Shown here: positions 19,074 through 28,803 of the stretch, piece by piece | Position numbering within the stretch: position 1 is the stretch's first letter | Layout of the letters: each line of letters begins with the position of its first letter | Translations under genes and position numbers: made by a program | The notes under the pieces: model-generated | Told to the model about the DNA's origin: nothing | Seen by the model: only the letters and a program-made list of their open reading frames with translations | The model's database searches: none | Assembly (NCBI GenBank): GCA_965197585.1 | Contig: OZ240215.1 | Coordinates: 1,088,001-1,152,000 of the forward strand | DNA from: Dehalococcoidia bacterium | Lineage (GTDB): Bacteria; Chloroflexota; Dehalococcoidia; Plut-88900 | Length of the DNA: 64,000 bases | Direction: 5' to 3'

Positions 19074-19757
19074 TCAGTTGGGCTTGACGATGATCTTGCT
19101 GGCCGTTTCCGTGCTTATCACTATTTCGTGCTGGTCCACTTCCAGCGTGATGGTACCCTTGAAGCCGGCCACGTCCAGCACCTTCATCGTCCAGGAGGGC
19201 GAAACGTTATGCTCTTCCAGGTACTGGAGCAGTTCCTCGTCTTCTTCCGGTACACGTTTGACTGTGACGGCCATGCCTGCCGGGACCTCGTGAAGAGACT
19301 TGAGGTGGGAGCGCACGTGGCGTGCCCTGGCATATCCCTCGCTTCCCGGTATCGGATACCCATGAGGGCAGGTGGTCGGGTTGTTCAGCAGGTTTACGAG
19401 GCGGTCGGCAACTTCCTGTGAAATGCCGTGCTCCAGCCGATGGGCCTCCGAGTAGGCCTTATGCCAGGCCAGGTCCAGCACGTCGGTCAAGAAGCGCTCC
19501 GCCAGACGATGCCTGCGTATGACCTCCTCAGCAATCTTGTTGCCGGCCACCGTGAGCGCTATCTCCTTCTTCCGAGAGACCTTGATGTGGCCATCCCGGG
19601 CCATCCTGCGCACCGTCCCGAAGGCCGTGGCAGGAGACACGCCCAGGGTCTCTGCAAGCCGGGCCGAGATAACGGGCTTACCTTCCTCGACAAACCTGAA
19701 GATGCTGGTCAGGAAATCGTCCGTCGCCACCGATGTCGGTTTTGCTATTCCCGGCAT
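19074..19757 (-). CDS. DtxR/IdeR/MntR family metal-dependent repressor with FeoA domain
   Basis: HTH, RRHRLAERFL, EAHRLEH, PTTCPHGYPIP and a C-terminal FeoA/SH3-like domain. Confidence 0.92.
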   Translation of the reverse strand: MPGIAKPTSVATDDFLTSIFRFVEEGKPVISARLAETLGVSPATAFGTVRRMARDGHIKVSRKKEIALTVAGNKIAEEVIRRHRLAERFLTDVLDLAWHKAYSEAHRLEHGISQEVADRLVNLLNNPTTCPHGYPIPGSEGYARARHVRSHLKSLHEVPAGMAVTVKRVPEEDEELLQYLEEHNVSPSWTMKVLDVAGFKGTITLEVDQHEIVISTETASKIIVKPN

Positions 19758-19851
19758 TGTAAAGCCTTATTTGTGCACTGGTTCTCAAGCGTATTCATTA
19801 TTTGTCACATGCAATCGCGCAAATTCGCACGAAATTTGCTCAAAAAAGGTA

Positions 19852-19882
19852 TTGACAGGTCTTATTTGTTAGCCTACCCTAA
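19852..19882 (+). promoter_or_regulatory. Promoter of the iron ABC operon with overlapping DtxR/IdeR-type box
   Basis: TTGACA (19852)-17-TACCCT (19875). ATTTGTTAGCCTACCCTAA (19864-19882) matches TTAGGTTAGCCTAACCTAA at 15/19. Confidence 0.75.
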
Positions 19883-19954
19883 CGCCCAAGTTTCTCTTTG
19901 TGAAGCCACCCTCATGGTGAAACGCAAATCAAAGGAATTATAACACGAGCCCTT

Positions 19955-21085
19955 TTGACGAACCGAAGTGAAGAAGGAACGGCAAACCGAGTGAATCCTT
20001 TAGGGTCCAAAAAATCAATCTTTCCCCTGACCGCCTTGGCTCTGGTTTTGGTGCTTCTGTCGACACTAGCTTTGGCATGTGGCGCCGAACCCACTCCTAC
20101 GCAGGCATCTCAGCCAAGCCCCACGCAACCCCCCACAATAGATGAAGGTCAAGATGACCCCGGAGAACTCGTCATTTACTCCGGTCGGGAAGAAGACCTC
20201 ATAGGCCCGATCGTCGAGCAGTTCGCCACGGCCACCGGAATTGACGTCAAGGTCAACTATGGTTCTAACGCTGCTCTTGTAGCTACCATCCACGAAGAGG
20301 GCCAGAACAGCCCCGCCGACGTCTATTACGGCTCCGACCCCGGCTCCTTGGGCGCTCTGGAGTCGAGACTCCAGGCACTGCCGGACTCAATATTGGAGAA
20401 AGTTGACCCGAAACTTGCTTCCAGGCAGGGCAAGTGGGTCGGCATTTCCGGGCGCGCTCGGACCGTCGTTTACAACACCGACGCCCTTTCCGAGGCGGAC
20501 CTTCCGTCCTCAATCCTGGACTTCACTGATCCCAAGTGGAAGGGCCGCATAGGCTGGGCCCCGACAAATGGCTCCTTTCAAGCCTTTGTGACCGCCCTGC
20601 GATTGACAGAGGGAGAGGACGTGGCGAAGGCGTGGCTGGAGGGTATCCAGGCCAACGAGCCCAGGGTCTACCCAAAGAACACCCCCACAGTCCAGGCGGC
20701 TGCCGATGGCGAGATCGACGTAGGATTTGTGAACCATTACTACCTGTTCAGGTTCCTCGCCGAAGAGGGCGAGGGGTTCAAGGCAAGAAACTACTTCCCA
20801 ACGGGAGGCGACGTTGGCGCTACGATCCTGGTTTCCGGAACCGGTATCCTGGATACTTCCGGGAACGAGGAGAACGCGGTACGGTTCATCGAATTCCTGC
20901 TCTCCACCGTGAGCCAGCAATACTTTGCAAGCCAGACCTTTGAATACCCGGTAGTGGAGGGAGTGAAGACTCACCCTGAACTGCTACCTCTATCCGAGAT
21001 AGACGTCCCGGACGTCGACCTCGGCTCCTTGCAGGATCTGGAAGGGACATTAAAGCTGTTAAGGGACACAGGGATAGTCCCATAA
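19955..21085 (+). CDS. Fe(III) ABC transporter substrate-binding lipoprotein (FutA/AfuA/FbpA-like)
   Basis: Lipobox LALAC, IYSGR, SPADV, VNHYY iron-binding tyrosines, FEYP. Confidence 0.9.
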   Translation: MTNRSEEGTANRVNPLGSKKSIFPLTALALVLVLLSTLALACGAEPTPTQASQPSPTQPPTIDEGQDDPGELVIYSGREEDLIGPIVEQFATATGIDVKVNYGSNAALVATIHEEGQNSPADVYYGSDPGSLGALESRLQALPDSILEKVDPKLASRQGKWVGISGRARTVVYNTDALSEADLPSSILDFTDPKWKGRIGWAPTNGSFQAFVTALRLTEGEDVAKAWLEGIQANEPRVYPKNTPTVQAAADGEIDVGFVNHYYLFRFLAEEGEGFKARNYFPTGGDVGATILVSGTGILDTSGNEENAVRFIEFLLSTVSQQYFASQTFEYPVVEGVKTHPELLPLSEIDVPDVDLGSLQDLEGTLKLLRDTGIVP

Positions 21086-21092
21086 GCTTTCC

Positions 21093-22757
21093 ATGAGGGT
21101 AACGCGGGCAGCCGACAGCACAGCGTTCCTCCCAGGTCCCGTAGCCGGGGCCCTAAGGCAAATCATGCCTGGGGCCCCGGCCTTTATCTGGCTTCCGGCT
21201 CTCCTGATTGCCGCCGCCCTCGCGCTGCCACTGGTCTACCTAATTCTGCGGGCCCTTGGCACGGAGAATGGCATATGGGAAGTGCTGGTCAGATGGCGCA
21301 CCCTGCAAATCCTGGGACGCTCCGCGTTGCTGGCCGCATCGGTGACTGGGTTGAGTATTGCGTTGTCCGTGCCCCTGGCCTGGCTCACCGTCAGGACCGA
21401 CCTCCCACTGAAACGGTTCTGGTCGGTTGTTACGGCTCTTCCCTTGGTCATACCAAGCTATCTGGGGGCCTTCGCCCTCATAGCAGCCCTCTCGCCGCGA
21501 GGAATGTTCCAGCAGCTTCTCGGGGGTGTCTTTGGCATTGACCGCCTCCCCGATATTCACGGGTTTTGGGGCGCAACCCTGACTCTGACAGCGCTCAGCT
21601 TTCCATATGTACTGCTCCCCGTGCGGGCGGCAATGCGAAACCTGGACCCTGGAGTTGAGGAATCAGCCCGGGTGCTCGGTCACGGGCCCTGGTCGGTGTT
21701 CTACCGCATCACCCTGATGCAGCTCCGCCCTGCCATTGTCGCTGGCGCTCTCCTCGTATCACTCTACACCCTAAGCGATTTCGGGGCCGTGTCCCTCCTC
21801 CAATACGAGACCTTCACTTGGGCCATATATCTCCAGTTCAACTCCGCTTTCGACCGTGGCATAGCCGCAAGCCTTTCTCTGGTCCTCGTTGGTATGGCTC
21901 TGGCGATACTGCTTTTTGACTCGTACACCAGGGGCCTCGCCCGGTACTCAAGTAAGGGTGTGGGTGGCAAGAAACGCACTCCAATGGTGAGCCTTGGCAG
22001 GTGGAAGTGGGTCGGTGTAGGGTTCTGCTCTCTCGTCGGGCTGGTGAGCATCGGCATGCCTCTATCCGTCCTCTCTTACTGGCTGGTCAGAGGCCTGGCT
22101 GCCGGCGAGCAGATTAGTTCTTTCTGGGGCACCGCCGCAAACTCAGTCTACGTATCGCTCCTGGCCGCGGCCGTGTGCGTGCTCGCTGCGGTACCCGTTG
22201 CCATGCTCAGCGCCCGATACCCGAGCCGCTTCTCCTCAATGGTCGAACGATTCAGCTATCTGGGATTCGCGTTGCCCGGGGTCGTGGTCGCCTTGGCCCT
22301 CGTCTACTTTGGAGCTAACTACGCACTGCCTCTCTACCAGACCCTCGCCATGCTTATATTCGCCTACGCAATCCTCTTTCTACCTCCGGCCGTTGGTGCG
22401 ATAAGGGCCCAACTGCTTCAGATTGACCCGAAAGTCGAGGAAGCAGCCCGTGGCTTGGGCCTTTCACCTCCGAGAGTCTTCCTGTCGGTAACTCTACCCC
22501 TCATCAGGAGTGGTGTTCTGGCGGGGGGCGCACTGGTGTTCTTGATCACCATGAAGGAGCTTCCGGCCACCCTCCTGCTAGGCCCTATCGGCTTCAAGAC
22601 CCTGGCAACCAGCGTCTGGGGTGCCTCCGAGGCTGCTTTCTTCGCCAAGGCCGCTCTTCCCGCCCTGCTGCTGGTGCTCCTCTCCTCCGTGCCGATGGCT
22701 CTGCTGGTGCTCGCGGACAAAGGACGAGACCAGACCCTCCAGCGGGCCAAACGGTGA
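21093..22757 (+). CDS. Fe(III) ABC transporter permease (FbpB-like)
   Basis: Duplicated permease with two EAA loops (EESARVLG, EEAARGLG), SDFG and MKELPAT. Confidence 0.9.
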   Translation: MRVTRAADSTAFLPGPVAGALRQIMPGAPAFIWLPALLIAAALALPLVYLILRALGTENGIWEVLVRWRTLQILGRSALLAASVTGLSIALSVPLAWLTVRTDLPLKRFWSVVTALPLVIPSYLGAFALIAALSPRGMFQQLLGGVFGIDRLPDIHGFWGATLTLTALSFPYVLLPVRAAMRNLDPGVEESARVLGHGPWSVFYRITLMQLRPAIVAGALLVSLYTLSDFGAVSLLQYETFTWAIYLQFNSAFDRGIAASLSLVLVGMALAILLFDSYTRGLARYSSKGVGGKKRTPMVSLGRWKWVGVGFCSLVGLVSIGMPLSVLSYWLVRGLAAGEQISSFWGTAANSVYVSLLAAAVCVLAAVPVAMLSARYPSRFSSMVERFSYLGFALPGVVVALALVYFGANYALPLYQTLAMLIFAYAILFLPPAVGAIRAQLLQIDPKVEEAARGLGLSPPRVFLSVTLPLIRSGVLAGGALVFLITMKELPATLLLGPIGFKTLATSVWGASEAAFFAKAALPALLLVLLSSVPMALLVLADKGRDQTLQRAKR

Positions 22758-22833
22758 CTTGAGTGGACAAGTTGATATGGAATGGTGGGCGTGAGACACT
22801 GAGACCGCGCAAAGCGAAAGGACGCCGCCGCCC

Positions 22834-23952
22834 TTGTCAGCCAACTCTCATACGGCAAACTCAGTCGTAGAGCTAAGAAACACCTCGAAGACCTACCCGG
22901 GCACCACCTTCCCAGCGGTTAGCGAACTTTCTTTCTGTTTGGCCGAGGGCGAGATCTTGTCGATCCTCGGGCCCAGCGGTTGCGGTAAGAGCACCACTCT
23001 CCGGCTGATAGCCGGGTTCGAGGCGCCCGACTCCGGAGAAGTCTTCTTACGAGACAGTCGTGCATCCGGACAGGGTTGCCACGTTCCCCCCGAGAAGCGA
23101 GGCGTGGCGATGGTCTTCCAGGACTACGCCCTGTTCCCCCACCTGTCCGTCGCCAAGAACATTGGCTTCGGCCTCAGGAACATGAAATCCAGGGAGCGGG
23201 CGCAGCGGGTAAAAGAGGTCTTGGACATTATAGAATTGTCCTGGCTGGCCGACCGATACCCGCACCAGATATCGGGTGGGCAGCAGCAGAGAGTCGCGTT
23301 GGGTCGGGCCCTGGCCCCCCGGCCCGTGGTGGTCCTCCTCGACGAGCCCTTCAGCAATCTGGACAACGCCATGCGAGGCCAGATGAGGCGGGAGGTGCAA
23401 GCTATTCTTCGGCGGGAAAGGGCCACGGCCATCCTCGTCACCCATGACCAGCAGGAGGCGCTATCCTTCGCCGACAGAGTGGCAGTGATGCACCGGGGGA
23501 AGCTGGAGCAGATGGGGACGCCGGAGGAGATATTTCGCAAGCCCGCCACCTCCTTTGTCGCAACCTTTGTCGGGCACGCCAGCTTCATCTCCGGCCGGGT
23601 GGACGGTGAAGAAATAGACACGGAGATCGGCAGTTTGGCGTATAACGGAGACCATCTGCTCACCGAGGTCATCGTCATGATCCGACCCGATGACGTCAAA
23701 CTCCTCCCCGACGCCGCAGGACAGGGAACTATCATGTCCAGGGAGTTTCACGGTTCCCGAAACTTCTATTTCGTAGAACTCGATTCCGGGACGACGATTC
23801 GGAGCAGACAGCCGTCTGGGACAATATATCCTCCCGGTATGAAGGTCAGGGTGTCTCCGAAAAAGTCGGCGGACATCGTGGTATTCCCCCAAACCCAGCG
23901 TGGCCTGATACCGAGAGACCTGCCCATATCTGACCCAGACTTGAATCCCTGA
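22834..23952 (+). CDS. Fe(III) ABC transporter ATP-binding protein (FbpC-like)
   Basis: GPSGCGKST, FQDYALFPH, ISGGQQQR, LLDEPF, TH and a TOBE domain. Confidence 0.92.
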   Translation: MSANSHTANSVVELRNTSKTYPGTTFPAVSELSFCLAEGEILSILGPSGCGKSTTLRLIAGFEAPDSGEVFLRDSRASGQGCHVPPEKRGVAMVFQDYALFPHLSVAKNIGFGLRNMKSRERAQRVKEVLDIIELSWLADRYPHQISGGQQQRVALGRALAPRPVVVLLDEPFSNLDNAMRGQMRREVQAILRRERATAILVTHDQQEALSFADRVAVMHRGKLEQMGTPEEIFRKPATSFVATFVGHASFISGRVDGEEIDTEIGSLAYNGDHLLTEVIVMIRPDDVKLLPDAAGQGTIMSREFHGSRNFYFVELDSGTTIRSRQPSGTIYPPGMKVRVSPKKSADIVVFPQTQRGLIPRDLPISDPDLNP

Positions 23953-23978
23953 CCCCGAGACCCATAACCACTCAAGAC

Positions 23979-24668
23979 ATGCCCGAAAGCGAGTCGACTA
24001 TCGCAATTGACGGCCCCGGCGCGGTGGGCAAGACTACCGTCGGTAGAATGCTTTCAGAGCGCATCGGCTTCCTTTTTATTGATACGGGAGTAATGTACCG
24101 GGCAGTGACTGCCGAGGCGATTCAAAGGGACGTAGACACGGATGACGAGGATGCCGTCACCTGTCTCGCAAGGTCGGTCGACATCCGTATCACCGGGGGC
24201 CCGAGGCCGCACTCCCAGAGGGTGATGGTGGACGGCGGTGATGTAACGAACAGCATCCGCTCCCAGGCCGTCGACAGGCGCGTCTCTGCCGTTTCCAGCT
24301 ACTCAGGTGTTCGAGAGGCGATGGTCGACCAGCAGCGTGCCTTGGCGGCTCAGGAGAGAGTTGTGATGGTGGGCCGGGACGTCGGCACCGTCGTCCTGCC
24401 CGATGCAAAGCTCAAGATTTACCTGACAGCCTCTGCAGAAGCCCGAGCCAGGCGGCGTTACGCCGAGCTGCCGGATGCAGGTTCTGACGTGAGCTTCGAA
24501 TCCGTTCTCCAGGCCCTTGAACGCAGGGACAAGACCGACTCCGAAAGGGCCCATTCGCCCCTGAAACCTGCACTCGACTCCATAATCGTCGACACTTCCC
24601 ACCTCACTGCCGATCAGGTCGTCGACCGTATCATGGAGCTCTGGCGCACCGTAAACTTACAAACCTAG
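23979..24668 (+). CDS. cmk: Cytidylate kinase
   Basis: IAIDGPGAVGKTT, DTGVMYRA, GRDVGTVVLPDA, RD..D..R..SPL. Confidence 0.95.
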   Translation: MPESESTIAIDGPGAVGKTTVGRMLSERIGFLFIDTGVMYRAVTAEAIQRDVDTDDEDAVTCLARSVDIRITGGPRPHSQRVMVDGGDVTNSIRSQAVDRRVSAVSSYSGVREAMVDQQRALAAQERVVMVGRDVGTVVLPDAKLKIYLTASAEARARRRYAELPDAGSDVSFESVLQALERRDKTDSERAHSPLKPALDSIIVDTSHLTADQVVDRIMELWRTVNLQT

Positions 24669-24671
24669 TCT

Positions 24672-26516
24672 ATGTGTGGAATCGTAGGATACGTGGGCAA
24701 CCGCCCCGCTGGGCCGATACTGTTCGATGCCCTCAGCCGCCTTGAATACCGAGGCTACGATAGCGCGGGAATCGCTGTCATCGACGGTACGGGCAGGGCC
24801 GTGGTGCAGAAACAGGCCGGCAAGCTGGGAGCCTTAGTAGCTAGCGTCGGAGCCCGGGTCCCTGACGGTTGTACGGGTATTGGTCATACCCGCTGGGCCA
24901 CCCACGGTAAACCAACGACCCCAAATGCCCACCCCCACTCCGACTGTACCGGTCAATTCCTGGTCGTACACAACGGCATTATCGAAAACTACCGCGTCCT
25001 TAAAGAGAGGTTGATCAAGTCTGGGCACAAGTTCACCTCGGAGACGGACTCGGAGGTGATAGCTCACCTGGTTGAGGAGAATAGGAGCGCGGGCATCGGG
25101 CTAGTGGAGGCCGTAAGGAAGAGCCTCGACCTCCTGGAAGGCGCGTTCTCGGTAGCCGTAACGGCAGCTGACGAGCCAAGCAAGATAATAGCAGCGCGGG
25201 TGGGCAACGGCGGTGGGATAGTTGTCGGCTATGGCGAGGGCGAGATGTTTCTCGCCAGCGATCTCCCAGCCATATCATCCTACGCCCGGGTCGCGGTCTA
25301 TCTGAAAAAAGGAGAGCTGGCCCTCGTCGAGCCTGATGGCGCCCGCTACTTCGATCAAATCGGCGTTCAGCTATCCCGCGTCCCCGTCCCCGTCTCCCGG
25401 GGCGACATGGTTTTTGCCAAGGGCGGCTACAGGCACTTCATGCTCAAGGAGATAATGGAGCAACCGGAGTCGCTAACCAACCTTCTCCGGGGACGCATCA
25501 ACTTCGACCCCGCAGACATCCTTCTCCCCGAACTGGCTGACGCCGCCGAAATGCTTGCGAAAACCGAACGGGTAATCATCGTAGGCATGGGCACTAGCTT
25601 GCACGCCTCCGCCGTGGGAGCCCGCATGTTCGAGGCACTGGCCCGCATCCCCGCCGAGGCGGAGAACGCCTCCGAGTTCCGCTATCGGGACCCGGTAATC
25701 AGCCCTTCAACGCTCGTGATATCCGTGTCACAGTCCGGCGAAACCGTGGACACCCTCGCGGCGATGGAGGAGGCCAAGTCCCGGGGCGCGGGCCTTGTCG
25801 CCGTAACCAACAACGAGCTGAGCCAGGCCGCCGTCCTCGCCAACGCAACGCTCGACATAAGAGCCGGTGCGGAGATCGGAGTTGCCAGCACAAAGTGTCT
25901 AACCAATTCCATATTGGCCCTTTATCTGGTAGCCTCTTACATGGGACGGGCGCGGGGCCTGATTTCCGGCGGACAGGTCAACCAAATGGTAGATGATCTG
26001 GCCAGGCTCCCGAGCCTCATAAGCCGAACCCTGGAGACTGACAACGCGGTCCGGCAAATAGCCCGGAGGCTACACAGGACCAACAATTACCTCTACCTGG
26101 GGAGGGGAATCAGCTATCCCGTAGCCATGGAAGGTGCGCTCAAGCTGAAAGAGATCAGCTACTGCCACGCCGAGGGTTACCAGGCCGGGGAGATGAAGCA
26201 CGGGCCCATAGCCCTAATTGATGAGGATATGCCCGTCGTAGCCCTGGCCCTGCAAGACCGCCTATACCCGAAAATGCTGGGCAACATCGAAGAAGTGAAG
26301 GCGCGCGATGGTAGGGTAATAGCAATCGCGACCGAAGGCGACGAGGACATAGCGGCGAGGGCCGACCACGTCATACACGTACCCCCCACCCCCGAACTTC
26401 TTTCGCCTCTCGTGTCCGTGATTCCCCTGCAGCTGTTTGCCTATCATGTCGCCGTGACCCGGGGCTGTGACGTAGACCAGCCCAGAAACCTCGCAAAATC
26501 CGTGACCGTTGAATAA
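24672..26516 (+). CDS. glmS: Glutamine-fructose-6-phosphate transaminase
   Basis: MCGIVG, LEYRGYDSAG, GHTRWATHG, SQSGET, C-terminal PRNLAKSVTVE. Confidence 0.97.
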   Translation: MCGIVGYVGNRPAGPILFDALSRLEYRGYDSAGIAVIDGTGRAVVQKQAGKLGALVASVGARVPDGCTGIGHTRWATHGKPTTPNAHPHSDCTGQFLVVHNGIIENYRVLKERLIKSGHKFTSETDSEVIAHLVEENRSAGIGLVEAVRKSLDLLEGAFSVAVTAADEPSKIIAARVGNGGGIVVGYGEGEMFLASDLPAISSYARVAVYLKKGELALVEPDGARYFDQIGVQLSRVPVPVSRGDMVFAKGGYRHFMLKEIMEQPESLTNLLRGRINFDPADILLPELADAAEMLAKTERVIIVGMGTSLHASAVGARMFEALARIPAEAENASEFRYRDPVISPSTLVISVSQSGETVDTLAAMEEAKSRGAGLVAVTNNELSQAAVLANATLDIRAGAEIGVASTKCLTNSILALYLVASYMGRARGLISGGQVNQMVDDLARLPSLISRTLETDNAVRQIARRLHRTNNYLYLGRGISYPVAMEGALKLKEISYCHAEGYQAGEMKHGPIALIDEDMPVVALALQDRLYPKMLGNIEEVKARDGRVIAIATEGDEDIAARADHVIHVPPTPELLSPLVSVIPLQLFAYHVAVTRGCDVDQPRNLAKSVTVE

Positions 26517-26528
26517 GGAGAACGCCTG

Positions 26529-26744
26529 ATGGACATTTCCAAGTTCGGCATATACGTCAATGCCAGTGAGAAGAAGGCGGTGAGAATCAACTCACCCTAC
26601 TGGATCCCGCCCGCCGAGGAATGGACCTACCTGACCCCCGAAGTGAACATGACACTGCTAAAGATACGAGACCTTGCCAAGGAAAAAGGCCTGTCTGATT
26701 CCCCGGACGAGATAGTCTGGACCTCCATTCCCTTGCTGGACTGA
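26529..26744 (+). CDS. Hypothetical protein, 71 aa
   Basis: Strong AAGGAG RBS after glmS and globular-looking composition. Confidence 0.75.
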   Translation: MDISKFGIYVNASEKKAVRINSPYWIPPAEEWTYLTPEVNMTLLKIRDLAKEKGLSDSPDEIVWTSIPLLD

Positions 26745-26794
26745 GGACTGGCCATGATTGTGGACGTAGGAGATGATGGCGTGAGTAAAGTCGG

Positions 26795-27178
26795 GTGAGG
26801 TCGGCAAGCGGCCCGGAACGCCTGTGCCCCCGCTGCAAGGGCGGTGAGTTCAGACGAGGATTCAGCTCGGTTACCGGGTACTGGGCCGGCCAGGTTCTGG
26901 TGCCCGTAATATGCTCTCGCTGCTACTACAACGTCGGTTTCGGAATCCAGACTGCGCTTCCCCGCTTCGAACCGGCGGAGGCTGGGACACCGCAGGCTGC
27001 GGGACGAGTGCACTCGCCGGGCCCGACTCAAGACGATGGCCCACGCATGGTCTGGAGCGGAGGCCGGGTCGTCGGGCCCCTTCGCCGAGGAGCGATTCGG
27101 GACTGGGTGGTACTTGGGGCGGCTGCGCTCATAGTTGTCGGGATATTCTTCGTGTTCAGGTCTATCGGTTCAGGATAG
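26795..27178 (+). CDS. Hypothetical zinc-ribbon protein with C-terminal TM helix
   Basis: CPRC..CSRC, plus C-terminal WVVLGAAALIVVGIFFVF. Confidence 0.55.
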   Translation: MRSASGPERLCPRCKGGEFRRGFSSVTGYWAGQVLVPVICSRCYYNVGFGIQTALPRFEPAEAGTPQAAGRVHSPGPTQDDGPRMVWSGGRVVGPLRRGAIRDWVVLGAAALIVVGIFFVFRSIGSG

Positions 27179-27196
27179 GAATGAGGGGAGAACTTC

Positions 27197-28756
27197 ATGA
27201 CCCAAACACCCTTGCCGAATCGTCTGGAGCGAGTAAACAGGGATGCTATCGACCGATTGAGCGAACGGGCATCTTACCTAACCCCCGAGGCTCTATGGGA
27301 AGATGCGGTGCGACACAGGGAGGCTACCGTGGGCCAAGGTGGAGTTCTGGTTGTTAGCACAGGCAAATATACGGGCCGCTCCCCCAAAGATAAATTCATC
27401 GTCAGGGAGCCAGGCTCGGAAGCCAACATATGGTGGGGCCCGGTCAACCGCTCCATGGAACAGGACACGTTCAATCGGCTGCTTACCCGTGTCCTCAATC
27501 ATCTCCGGGCCCGAGACGTCTACTACCGAGACTGCTGGATCGGCGCCGACCCCCGCCACCGGCGTCGGCTTCGCATTTTCACTGAAACTGCCTGGCACAA
27601 CCTCTTTGCCGCAAACATGTTCCTGCCCATGCCTCGGGAACAGGTGGGTCTCTCCGAGTCCGACTTCACCTTTATCCACGCCCCGGGCTTCGCCGCTGAG
27701 TCCGACAGGGACGGCACAAACTCCGAGGCCTTCATCATCATCGACTTCGGGCAGCGAATCGTCCTTATCGGTGGCTCCAGCTACGCCGGTGAAATCAAGA
27801 AATCAGCCTTCACGGTGATGAACTACCTGCTCCCCAACGAGGGCGTCCTCCCGATGCACTGCTCCGCCAACGCGGGCCCCGATGGCGACGTGGCCTTGTT
27901 CTTCGGGCTGTCAGGCACCGGAAAGACCACCCTGTCCGCCACCTCCGACAGGATGCTCATCGGAGATGACGAGCACGGCTGGACCGACGATTCGGTCTTC
28001 AATTTCGAGGGCGGCTGCTACGCCAAGGTGATCCGACTCTCAGAAGAGGCCGAACCCGAGATTTACGCCACCACCCGCCAATTTGGCGCCATCCTCGAAA
28101 ACGTGACCATAGACCTCGACACCCGCGCCCTGGACCTCGACGACGACTCTGTTACCGAAAACACCCGAGGCTCGTACCCTCTCTCCAGCATTCCTAACGC
28201 CGACCCCACGGGCGTCGCCGATGCGCCCAAAAACATCTTTTTCCTGACCGCCGACGCCTTTGGCATCATCCCTCCCATCTCCCGTCTCACTCCCGAGCAG
28301 ACCGAATACCACTTCCTGTCTGGCTACACGGCCAAGGTTGCGGGCACGGAGAGAGGGATAGTAGAGCCCGTGGCCACATTCAGCCCATGTTTCGGCGCAC
28401 CCTTCATGCCCATGCCGCCCCGAGTCTACGCCGGGATGCTGGCCCGCAAGCTCGAAGGCTCCAGCGTGAACGTCTGGCTGGTCAACACCGGCTGGACGGG
28501 AGGCCCCTATGGAGTGGGGCATCGTATGAAGATCCAATACACCCGGGCGATGGTGCGCGCCGCCCTTAACGGCGCCCTTGCTTCTGTCCCGACCGAGGTC
28601 GACCCCGTGTTCGGCCTGCAGGTCCCGGTTAGCTGCCCCGGCGTACCCTCGGAGGCGCTCCGGGCTCGGGACACCTGGGCCGACCCTCATGCCTATGACC
28701 GGCAGGCTCAGAAGCTTCTAGCCATGTTCAACGACAACTTCCGCAAGTTTGGCTAG
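27197..28756 (+). CDS. pckA: Phosphoenolpyruvate carboxykinase (ATP)
   Basis: TGRSPKDKF, YAGEIKKS, GLSGTGKTTLS, LIGDDEHGW, FEGGCYAK. Confidence 0.97.
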   Translation: MTQTPLPNRLERVNRDAIDRLSERASYLTPEALWEDAVRHREATVGQGGVLVVSTGKYTGRSPKDKFIVREPGSEANIWWGPVNRSMEQDTFNRLLTRVLNHLRARDVYYRDCWIGADPRHRRRLRIFTETAWHNLFAANMFLPMPREQVGLSESDFTFIHAPGFAAESDRDGTNSEAFIIIDFGQRIVLIGGSSYAGEIKKSAFTVMNYLLPNEGVLPMHCSANAGPDGDVALFFGLSGTGKTTLSATSDRMLIGDDEHGWTDDSVFNFEGGCYAKVIRLSEEAEPEIYATTRQFGAILENVTIDLDTRALDLDDDSVTENTRGSYPLSSIPNADPTGVADAPKNIFFLTADAFGIIPPISRLTPEQTEYHFLSGYTAKVAGTERGIVEPVATFSPCFGAPFMPMPPRVYAGMLARKLEGSSVNVWLVNTGWTGGPYGVGHRMKIQYTRAMVRAALNGALASVPTEVDPVFGLQVPVSCPGVPSEALRARDTWADPHAYDRQAQKLLAMFNDNFRKFG

Positions 28757-28803
28757 CCGGTGCCCCGAGCACGAAACCCAATGAACCGGCGAGTCCCGCA
28801 GTG

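Noticed and set aside
24660-24672. glmS ribozyme
   Set aside because: glmS starts 3 nt after the cmk stop, leaving no leader.
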